Assembly (NCBI RefSeq): GCF_947498175.1
Contig: NZ_CANMJB010000008.1
Coordinates: 6,234-70,233, forward strand
Length of the DNA: 64,000 nt
From: an uncultured Algimonas sp.
GTDB lineage: Bacteria > Pseudomonadota > Alphaproteobacteria > Caulobacterales > Maricaulaceae
Direction: 5' to 3'
Both the position numbers and the translations under genes were made by a program. The notes below the pieces were generated by a model, which had not been told where the DNA came from, did not search any database, and worked only from the letters and a program-made list of their open reading frames with translations. Below, in pieces: positions 19,341 to 26,354 of this stretch. The stretch's first letter is position 1, and every line of letters begins with the position of its first letter.

Positions 19341-19871
19341 ATGATTCCTGATCCTCAGTCTAGTGAAAACACGAGATCGATCCGCATTGTCGCGCGAGCC
19401 GTCCAAGGTGTCGCAATTTTGGCGATCTGTATTTTCATCCTGATCACGGTCGTCGGCGACATCTCGATTGCCCTGAGTGATACAGAGGCTGCGGCCATAG
19501 ACGCCTCGACATTCGGCGGAGCCAAAGACCGTCTTACCTATTTGCCCTATCACCTGAGTGCGCTCGCAGCCTTCGTTTTCCTGTTTCGGCTTTTCGGGCA
19601 TTTCGCGCATGGGCGCATTTTCACACGCCACACCGTCGCGGATCTACGGTGCCTCAGCCTCTCGGTGGCCGCGAGCGGACTGAACAAGATCGGTGTCGGG
19701 GTATATGCCGCCGGTCTGGAGGTTCTGGATGCAAAGCCGGACGTTGCGCTCACGATCAATGTGACGGGAGGTGCTCTCATGGCCGTGTTCGCGGGTCTGC
19801 TTCTCTACGCGCTCGCTTTGGTATTGAAAGAAGCCAAGATGCAGACCGAAGATCTGCGGCTGATTTTCTAG
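19341..19871 (+). CDS. DUF2975-like integral membrane protein
   Basis: Preferred start is ATG 19341 (the track starts at TTG 19299). About 4 hydrophobic helices. Sits directly upstream of, and overlaps, a YozG-like HTH gene, which is the usual partner arrangement for DUF2975 proteins. Confidence 0.6.
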   Translation: MIPDPQSSENTRSIRIVARAVQGVAILAICIFILITVVGDISIALSDTEAAAIDASTFGGAKDRLTYLPYHLSALAAFVFLFRLFGHFAHGRIFTRHTVADLRCLSLSVAASGLNKIGVGVYAAGLEVLDAKPDVALTINVTGGALMAVFAGLLLYALALVLKEAKMQTEDLRLIF

Positions 19872-20107
19872 TGCCGGAAACGAACATCGTCATTCGGCTC
19901 GACGTCATGTTGGCGCGTCGCAAGGTCAAGTCCAAGGACCTCGCACGCTACATCGGTATCACCGAACAGAACCTGTCGATCATCAAGCTGGGCAAGGCCA
20001 AAGGCATTCGGTTCGCAACACTCGCAAAGATTTGCGAGTTTCTAGAGTGCAAGCCGGGCGACATCATCGATATAGAATTCTGCGAAGATGAGGCCATCTG
20101 TGATTAG
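19871..20107 (+). CDS. XRE/Cro-type helix-turn-helix transcriptional regulator (YozG-like)
   Basis: GTG 19871 overlaps the upstream TAG (TAGTG). Sequence IVIRLDVMLARRKVKSKDLARYIGITEQNLSIIKLGKAKGIRFATLAKICEFLECKPGDII matches the short YozG-type HTH pattern. Confidence 0.8.
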   Translation: MPETNIVIRLDVMLARRKVKSKDLARYIGITEQNLSIIKLGKAKGIRFATLAKICEFLECKPGDIIDIEFCEDEAICD

Positions 20108-20209
20108 TGTTTGTAATCCCTGCGACTCGGTCGTCCCCATTAGTCTTTGTACATAGAACGAGTGTAACGATAGACCTTCCTTTAACGTACAGCTTGCAAC
20201 CCTGGCTCC

Positions 20210-20620
20210 CTAATCCCAATCCCGCCGCCGCATCACCGCGAGCACGTCCCCGTCTTCCCCAAACAGGGTCAGCTCCTTCCACGTCGCTTCGGCGGCGCGG
20301 ACGCGGGAGAGCAGGTCTAGGAAATCCCGTTCGGCCTGCATGAGGGGTGCAGGACAGGCCTTCTTGGTGCTGGCCAGCGGGCCGAAGGTGACGACGCGGC
20401 CGCTCTGGTGGAAATTGCCGAAGAAATCGTTGCAGCCGCCGGACCCGACGACCTCGCCGTCGGCCTTGAAAGCGACGAACCGATCGCCCTCCCTGTCCAT
20501 CGGACCCCATTCGGTCCCGGCCAAGCTGGCCAGCGGGCGGCTTGTGGCGTGGCTGAGCGCCTTCTGGCAGGCGGCGAGTGCGGCCATCACGACCAGCGAG
20601 CCAACGACGCGTCCGATCAT
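20210..20620 (-). CDS. META-domain (HslJ-like) lipoprotein
   Basis: Preferred start is ATG 20620 (MIGRVVGSLVVMAALAAC lipobox). META motifs LAGTEW, GSGGCNDFFG and CPAPLMQAERDFL. Confidence 0.8.
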   Translation of the reverse strand: MIGRVVGSLVVMAALAACQKALSHATSRPLASLAGTEWGPMDREGDRFVAFKADGEVVGSGGCNDFFGNFHQSGRVVTFGPLASTKKACPAPLMQAERDFLDLLSRVRAAEATWKELTLFGEDGDVLAVMRRRDWD

Positions 20621-21045
20621 CAGTTCACCTCCCGGTACGGATCGCCCAGCATGCGGGCGATGGAGCGGCCGTTTTCGGCCAGCGCGGCGACATCGACGCT
20701 GACGGACTGGTCGCAGACGGCATGGCGCGACTGTTCCAGATAGTAGCCGGCATTGAAGGCCTGGGTCAGGGCGCGCTGCTGTCCGGCATCGCCGGGCGCT
20801 TCGACATACATCATGCGCGTCATATAGGTGCGCCATTGCTGGTCGCCGTCGCCGAAGCAGAGCGTGCGCAAATAGTGCATCTGCCCCAGATTGCGTGCCA
20901 AGGCCTCGACCAGGCTGGTCATTTTGACCATGTCGGCCTCGATACGCCGCTCGGCCGCCTCGCGCGCCGCGGAGCGCTCCGCGGCGGTCTGGGCCATCAC
21001 TGTGGACGGCAGCAGCAGGGCGAATATGGCGAGCAGGACGCGCAT
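20620..21045 (-). CDS. TIGR02301-like secreted protein of unknown function
   Basis: 141 aa. Signal peptide MRVLLAIFALLLPSTVMAQ. Conserved-looking LGQMHYLRTLC...FNAGYY...AVC pattern. Its stop overlaps the downstream start by 1 nt. Confidence 0.68.
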   Translation of the reverse strand: MRVLLAIFALLLPSTVMAQTAAERSAAREAAERRIEADMVKMTSLVEALARNLGQMHYLRTLCFGDGDQQWRTYMTRMMYVEAPGDAGQQRALTQAFNAGYYLEQSRHAVCDQSVSVDVAALAENGRSIARMLGDPYREVN

Positions 21046-21049
21046 CGCC

Positions 21050-21514
21050 TCAGGCTAGCCTGTCCGCCTGCGCAGGGCGAGCGCGGATTTCAGCATGCTG
21101 CATGGCCGCATGAGCCTCGCGAATGACGACGTCCGTCTTCGGCCACATGTTCAGCGCGGCGATGTCGGCCACAGGCACGAAACGCGCCTCCAGCGCATCG
21201 TCCGCGCCGCGAGGCTGACCGCCGCGCCATGTCGCCGCGTAGTCGTGCAGGCGGTAGGCGACGCCTTCGAAATCCGCATCGATGGTCGCGATCTTCGGGC
21301 CGAGGTCGGCCGCCACTCCCGTCTCCTCGGCCAGTTCGCGCAAGGCCGCTTCGGCTTCGCTTTCGCCAGGGTCGATCCGACCTCCGGGCAGGGACCATTC
21401 GCCCGCGTGCGGCGGATTGGCCCGGCGGATCAGCAGCACGTCGTCCCCTCGCAGGCAGACCACGCCGACACAATCCACGCGCATGATCCTGCGCTCTTTC
21501 ATATCGTCCGTCAT
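21050..21514 (-). CDS. NUDIX hydrolase
   Basis: Nudix box GEWSLPGGRIDPGESEAEAALRELAEETGV. Preferred start is ATG 21514, because the longer start at 21550 would overlap the divergent SRAP gene. Confidence 0.87.
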   Translation of the reverse strand: MTDDMKERRIMRVDCVGVVCLRGDDVLLIRRANPPHAGEWSLPGGRIDPGESEAEAALRELAEETGVAADLGPKIATIDADFEGVAYRLHDYAATWRGGQPRGADDALEARFVPVADIAALNMWPKTDVVIREAHAAMQHAEIRARPAQADRLA

Positions 21515-21548
21515 TGCGTTCCCTCTGCCCTGTGCTAGCGCCGATGTC

Positions 21549-22229
21549 ATGTGCGGACGTTACGTTCTGGATGCCGAGCTCGAGGACGTGGCCGAGCGGT
21601 TCGATGCCGAAGACGGCAGCGAGGGCGCGTGGGACTGGGAGCCCGATTACAATATCGCGCCGACCCGCACCGTGCCGGTCATCGCCCATGACGGCGAAAG
21701 GCGGACCAAGATCGTGCCGATGCGCTGGGGCCTGCACCCCCATTGGAGCAAGGACAACCCCCAGGACAGCAAGTACGGCCCGCTCTTCAACGCGCGCCTG
21801 GAAACGGCCGGAACGAAGCCGTCCTTCCGCACGCCGTGGAAACGCCGCCGCGCGTTGATCCCGGCGACCCACTGGTATGAATGGACCGGCGAACAAGGCG
21901 GCAAGATCCCCTGGTGCATCAAGCCGGAGGAAGGCGGGATCTTCGCCTTTGCCGGGCTGTGGGATCGATGGCGCGTGGACGAAGGCATCGAGCTTTTGTC
22001 CTGCACCATCCTGACGACCGACTCGGACGGCCCGCTGCAACGGCTGCACCACCGCATGCCGGTGCGCTTGCCCGAGGACTATTGGAGCGACTGGCTCGAT
22101 CCGGAGGCGAATCCGGATCTGCTGGCCGAGACGCGGCTGGACGCGGAGGACCTGATCTTCTGGGAAGTCGGCCGGGCCGTGGGCAACAGCCGGTCGCGGG
22201 GCGCGGAGCTGATCGCGCCACTCGCCTGA
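21549..22229 (+). CDS. SOS-response-associated peptidase (SRAP/YedK family, abasic-site processing)
   Basis: Starts MCGRY (catalytic Cys2), followed by NIAPT, MRWGL and IPATHWYEW motifs. 226 aa. Confidence 0.92.
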   Translation: MCGRYVLDAELEDVAERFDAEDGSEGAWDWEPDYNIAPTRTVPVIAHDGERRTKIVPMRWGLHPHWSKDNPQDSKYGPLFNARLETAGTKPSFRTPWKRRRALIPATHWYEWTGEQGGKIPWCIKPEEGGIFAFAGLWDRWRVDEGIELLSCTILTTDSDGPLQRLHHRMPVRLPEDYWSDWLDPEANPDLLAETRLDAEDLIFWEVGRAVGNSRSRGAELIAPLA

Positions 22230-22233
22230 GCGC

Positions 22234-23322
22234 TCACGGGTTCTTCGCTTCGCGCTTGGGCGGGTTGATGTCGTCGGCGGGCGCGTCGGGGGCGCTAGGG
22301 TCGACCGGCTTGACCTGGTCCGTCAGGCTGGGCGCTTCGGGAAAGCGCCCCGGAAACATCCGCCGCATCGCCAGGGTCAGGAAATCCGCCATGCGCGCTT
22401 GGCGCAATCCGACGGGCCGGAAGGGGCCGCGTGTCGTGTCGGCGATGGTCTGGCGTTCCATTTCGGCGTTCAGCTCCGCCCCGATGATCACGGTCATGGC
22501 CGTCAGCCAGAACCAGAGCAGCAGGACGATGACGGCGGAGATGCCGCCATAGGTCGTTTCGTACTGGCCGAAATTGCGCACGAAGACGCCGAACCCCCAG
22601 GACAGCGCCAGCCAGGTGATCGTCGTGAACAGCACGCCCGGCACGACCCAGCGCTTGCGCGGCGGCCTGCGCGACGGGCCGAACCGATAGACGATACCCG
22701 CCCCCAGCATGAACACGATCAGCAGCAGCATCCAGGGCAGCCAGCCTGACAGGATCCGGGCCGTGTCGTCCAGGTTCAGGAAGGCCAGCATCGCCGGAAC
22801 GCCGATGATGACCATCAGCGAGACGTAGATGAAGGCGAACAGCCCCAGCGTCATGCCGAACGCGGTCAGATAGAAGACCAGGATGCTGCGCTTTTCGTCC
22901 TCGCCATAGGCCACGTTCATCGCGCGCAATATGGCGCGGATGCCGGCCCCGGCCGTCCAGAAGGCGAAGATCAGCGACAGCAGGATGCGCATCGACAGAT
23001 CGCGGTCCGGGGCGCTGATGACCGAGGCGATCTGGTCCGAGATGATGATCCAGGCGCTTTTGGGCATGAGCGGTTGCAGGAAGTTGGCCATGCCGCGAAC
23101 GTCCGTCAGGTCCGCGAAATAGCCGTAGATCGACAGCGAGGCGGAGATCAGCGGGAAGATCGACAGCAGGGCGAAGAAGGCCACGCCCGCCGCCACGACC
23201 GGCACATTGTCCTTGTTGACCTGGACGAAGACGCGCGCGGCGATCTGGCCGTATTCGCGCAGGGTGAAGCCGAACGGTGTCTTCACGTCGCGCTGGACGA
23301 AGTCGAGGGACGCAATGCTCAT
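22234..23322 (-). CDS. YihY/BrkB-family inner-membrane protein
   Basis: 362 aa. Begins ...AAGVAFFALLSIFPLISA..., with multiple TM helices, typical of the YihY family. Convergent with the SRAP gene, with only 4 bp between the stops. Confidence 0.87.
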   Translation of the reverse strand: MSIASLDFVQRDVKTPFGFTLREYGQIAARVFVQVNKDNVPVVAAGVAFFALLSIFPLISASLSIYGYFADLTDVRGMANFLQPLMPKSAWIIISDQIASVISAPDRDLSMRILLSLIFAFWTAGAGIRAILRAMNVAYGEDEKRSILVFYLTAFGMTLGLFAFIYVSLMVIIGVPAMLAFLNLDDTARILSGWLPWMLLLIVFMLGAGIVYRFGPSRRPPRKRWVVPGVLFTTITWLALSWGFGVFVRNFGQYETTYGGISAVIVLLLWFWLTAMTVIIGAELNAEMERQTIADTTRGPFRPVGLRQARMADFLTLAMRRMFPGRFPEAPSLTDQVKPVDPSAPDAPADDINPPKREAKNP

Positions 23323-23357
23323 GGCGGGCGGTTTCCGATCGGGTCCGGACCTGCGGC

Positions 23358-24143
23358 TTAGGATTTCTTGGGCGGTTGCGGGCGTTCGAACACCAACTCG
23401 GCCGCCGACGACCGGTCTTCGGACAATTCGTATCCGCCCGCATCGAAATCCCGCAGACCTTCCGCCCGGTCGATGCGGTTTTCCACCACCCAGCGCGCGA
23501 ACAGACCGCGCCCGAACTTGGTGTAGTACTGGATCGGCCGGGCCTTGCCGTCCTTTTCTTCAAGGAACTTGACGCTGAGCACCGGCAGACCGAGCGACTT
23601 GGCGCGGACCGCCTTGAAATATTCGTTGGACGCCAGGTTCAGGACGGTCGGATCGTCGTGCCCGTCCACGTCGTCGCGCAACTGATCCGCGATCCGGTCG
23701 TCCCAGAACTCATAGAGGGTCGCGCCGCGCGCATTCGCCATGCGCGTACCCATTTCCAGCCGGTAGGGCTGGATCGCGTCCATAGGACGCAGCAGGCCGT
23801 AGAGCCCCGACAGAATGCGCAGATGGTCCTGCGCATAGTTCAGATCGTCATCGGACAGGCTCTTTGCCTCCAGCCCCCAATAGACGTCCCCGTCGAAGGC
23901 GAGGACAGCGGGTTTCATTCCGTCCGCCTCGCCGTCCGGATCGAACCGGTCGAACCGGTCCGCATTCAGCTGCGCCAGATTGTCCGACAGGTGCATCAGG
24001 CGCTTCAGATCGCCGAGGCTCTTCTGCTTGGCGGTCGCGGCAAGCGACTTTGTGTCGTCCAGCAGGCGCGGCCGCGTCACGGCGACAGGCCCGTCATAGG
24101 CGTCCATGTTCAGTTTCTTGGCGGGGGATAGCAGGGTGATCAT
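23358..24143 (-). CDS. yaaA: peroxide stress protein YaaA (UPF0246)
   Basis: Preferred start is ATG 24143 (MITLLSPAKKLNMD...). Motifs RILSGLYGLLRPMDAIQPYRLEM and NLASNEYFKAV. Confidence 0.9.
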   Translation of the reverse strand: MITLLSPAKKLNMDAYDGPVAVTRPRLLDDTKSLAATAKQKSLGDLKRLMHLSDNLAQLNADRFDRFDPDGEADGMKPAVLAFDGDVYWGLEAKSLSDDDLNYAQDHLRILSGLYGLLRPMDAIQPYRLEMGTRMANARGATLYEFWDDRIADQLRDDVDGHDDPTVLNLASNEYFKAVRAKSLGLPVLSVKFLEEKDGKARPIQYYTKFGRGLFARWVVENRIDRAEGLRDFDAGGYELSEDRSSAAELVFERPQPPKKS

Positions 24144-24222
24144 CGATCTCTCCTCATAACAGCGAGCCGCCTCGAAAACCATTTTCTGGGGCTTGTCCGC
24201 GTGGGTCTGCGAAGCGGTCGCA

Positions 24223-24251
24223 GGGCGGGGCGGGGAAGTCAAGGGGTGGGG
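24223..24251 (+). other. G-quadruplex-forming motif (GGG C GGGG C GGGG N7 GGGG T GGGG)
   Basis: Read directly: gggcggggcggggaagtcaaggggtgggg. The complementary C-rich strand directly follows a TTGACT hexamer upstream of yaaA. Confidence 0.5.
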
Positions 24252-24487
24252 CTTGGGCCGGTGTCGCGTGGCATTCCGGCCTCCACTCCCGACCCGTCGC
24301 TCCGACCCCGGCTTTCACTGCCCGAGTCTGCCATCGTCAGCGCTTACAAGACGAGGGCGCGTGTCCTATCCGCTCTTGAGAGCCCGGCCGACGCCAGACC
24401 CTGTCGATGAGTGCCGTGAACGTCGTTTCCTTCATGCCTCATCCCGAGCTCCCTCTTCGCTCTCTGTCTCTGCCTCCTTTATCCCTC

Positions 24488-24508
24488 ATCCCGGACTCGA
24501 TCCGGGAT
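24488..24508. repeat. short REP-like hairpin (atcccgg-N7-ccgggat)
   Basis: 7-bp perfect inverted repeat. The ctcatcccg core recurs at about 24438. Resembles the ...catcccggac..gatccgggat... palindromic units common in alphaproteobacterial intergenic DNA (from memory). Confidence 0.45.
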
Positions 24509-24682
24509 CCATCTCCCACCGTCTCGTCTGGCTGCAAGGGTCGGGCAGTGGACCCCACGGGACCGCGCGAGCGTGTTCCTGTCCGGGGTAGGGGGGCTGA
24601 TTGATCTTCAGGCGAGTGTCATCGTGCGACCGGGCATCGGGGCCACGGCGGGGTTGCGTTTGTGCCGCGAAGGCGACACGAG

Positions 24683-24749
24683 GCGCGGGCCCTGCCCCGT
24701 GACGGGGAAGGGAAAACAAGAACCATTTTCACGAAGGCAGGGCCCGCGC
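24683..24749. repeat. perfect 14-bp inverted repeat enclosing a nested hairpin
   Basis: gcgcgggccctgcc (24683-24696) and ggcagggcccgcgc (24736-24749). The inner element ccccg-tga-cgggg (24695-24707) overlaps the left arm. Confidence 0.7.
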
Positions 24750-25336
24750 GAGGAGTCCGGCCCGACATCGCCGCCCGGCGTGCGGCCCACCCCTGAGATC
24801 CACGGCCTCCCCCCGACCGCCGAACCTGGCGAGGCGGGGATCTCAAGCGCGCGCGGAGCCCAGGGACCAGCCACACGTCGGGACGAGACATCGGAGGCGA
24901 TCGGCCGCTGCGTAGGTCGGCCGACCCCTCCACCCGGCGGTGCGCGGTCCTCTCCGGGGCTACGATTGCACCGGGGTTTGTCAGACCCTGGCGTCGGCTC
25001 TCCCGGAAAGGACCCGCGGACTGCTCTTCACAGTCCTTGTGCGGCGGAAGGATCCCCGCTCACACCACCGAGCCCTCGCTCCTGCCCGCCGCACCGAGGG
25101 TTAGGCCCCTCCTCGTGTCTTGCAGCGAACGGGTATGAAATTACGGGCAAAAGGGGTTTGCGAAGATATAATTCATGCAGAAATCGTGGAAGAGGTTGAA
25201 AGGGCGGTGAACTTTCCGGCGCGCAAGAGCGCTATAACGAGGATGGGTCTACGACAGGTTGCAAGGCAGGGCAGGATGGGCCGCCTGCGGCGGGCTTCTT
25301 CAACGGGTCCCCCTCCGACCTACGCTATGCTCCGGC

Positions 25337-25413
25337 CACCTCCCCCTCGCGGGGGAGGAACGGAAGCGAGAAGCCAGCCCGACCCTGAGTTCCTCCCCCG
25401 CGAGGGGGAGGTG
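25337..25413. repeat. perfect 25-bp inverted repeat with a 27-bp spacer; each arm is itself a near-palindrome (REP/MITE-like)
   Basis: cacctccccctcgcgggggaggaac (25337-25361) is the exact reverse complement of gttcctcccccgcgagggggaggtg (25389-25413). A further hairpin, gcccc-gaa-ggggc, follows at 25413-25425. Confidence 0.8.
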
Positions 25414-25572
25414 CCCCGAAGGGGCGGAGGGGGACAGACGAAAAAGCCCGGCGTCAGGCGGACGTTCATGGGCTCGCGCTGCGCTCCGCGCGCGTCCGTG
25501 GGACCGGTGTTGACCGGCAATCCAAGGCCTGGGGCTGGACGGGGGGGGTTCGCTTCCCTAGAGCCGCGCGTC

Positions 25573-26214
25573 ATGAATGGGTCTGCGCTGATCATCGCCA
25601 TCGACGGGACGTTCGCGTCCGGGAAGGGGACGTTGGCGCGGCGGGTGGCGGGGCGCTATGGGTTGGCGCATCTGGACACGGGCAAGCTCTACCGGGCGGT
25701 GGCGCGGGATCTGCTGGCCGAAGGCGGGTCGCTGGAGGATGCGGAGCGCGCGGCGCAGGTGGCGCGCCGGATCGATGCGGACACGCTGGACGATCCGTAT
25801 CTGAAGAGCGGCGGCATGGGGTCGGCGGCCTCGAAGGTCAGCGTGCATCCGCCGGTGCGCGCCGCCTTGCTGGACTATCAGCGCAAGGTCGCGGCGCGCG
25901 GCGCGGTGCTGGACGGGCGCGACATCGGTACGGTCGTCTGTCCGGACGCGGATGTGAAGCTGTTCGTGGACGCGGCGGCCGAAGTGCGGGCGCGTCGGCG
26001 CTTCGAGGAGCTGAAAGGCTACGGCGAGGACGTGACCGTCGAAGGCGTGCTGGCGGCGCTGCGCGAGCGCGACGATCGCGACATGAGCCGGGCGACGGCG
26101 CCGCTCAAACCCGCTGCGGATGCGCACTTGCTGGATACGAGCAAGCTCTCTATAGACGCCGCCGTCAGTGCGGCGTGCGATGTGATCGATGCCGTGGTGA
26201 ACGCGACTGCGTGA
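25573..26214 (+). CDS. cmk: cytidylate kinase
   Basis: Preferred start is ATG 25573 (MNGSALIIAIDGTFASGKGTLARRVA, P-loop). 213 aa. Followed by rpsA, as in many bacteria. Confidence 0.93.
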   Translation: MNGSALIIAIDGTFASGKGTLARRVAGRYGLAHLDTGKLYRAVARDLLAEGGSLEDAERAAQVARRIDADTLDDPYLKSGGMGSAASKVSVHPPVRAALLDYQRKVAARGAVLDGRDIGTVVCPDADVKLFVDAAAEVRARRRFEELKGYGEDVTVEGVLAALRERDDRDMSRATAPLKPAADAHLLDTSKLSIDAAVSAACDVIDAVVNATA

Positions 26215-26354
26215 AAACCGCCGCCGGGCTCTCCAAACCCGCCGCCTTTTCACCCTCGTGATCTTTTCAATCCGCTCTTTCGTCACAGGCGCAAGAGAAG
26301 ACCGCGGGCGAACGGACCCGTTGGCACAAGACCCTTTTTGGAACTCTACACATT

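Noticed and set aside
18054-20200. Shared cttgcaac and tttaac words near both edges of the low-GC islet, as possible insertion direct repeats.
   Set aside because: They are only 8- and 6-mers in rearranged order. The chance of occurrence in windows of this size is not negligible (about 0.1-0.2 for the 8-mer).
24593-24602. GGGGCTGATT, identical to the 5' end of E. coli tmRNA.
   Set aside because: No tag-peptide reading frame (no ANDN...-type tag) and no T-arm/CCA-like segment nearby. Alphaproteobacterial ssrA genes are permuted two-piece genes, and this locus does not show that organisation.
24749-24765. GAGGAGTCCGGCCCG, which resembles the RNase P RNA P4 strand (GAGGAAAGUCCGGGC).
   Set aside because: It lacks the AA bulge, and none of the other universally conserved RNase P segments are found within about 400 nt on either strand.
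24193-25513. ORFs inside the yaaA-cmk spacer (24193..24591, 24573..25199, 24619..24933, 25259..25513, and the N-terminal 150 aa of the 25120..26214 ORF) as real genes or an aroA remnant.
   Set aside because: Their translations are P/G/R/S low-complexity strings with no AroA or other motifs. The ORFs overlap on both strands and coincide with palindromic repeats. cmk has a good start at 25573.
25541-25548. G8 homopolymer 25 nt upstream of the cmk start, as a possible phase-variable tract.
   Set aside because: A contingency tract in front of the essential cmk-rpsA operon is implausible, and such a run is not surprising in a 75% GC region. It could only be settled by looking for length variation in reads.
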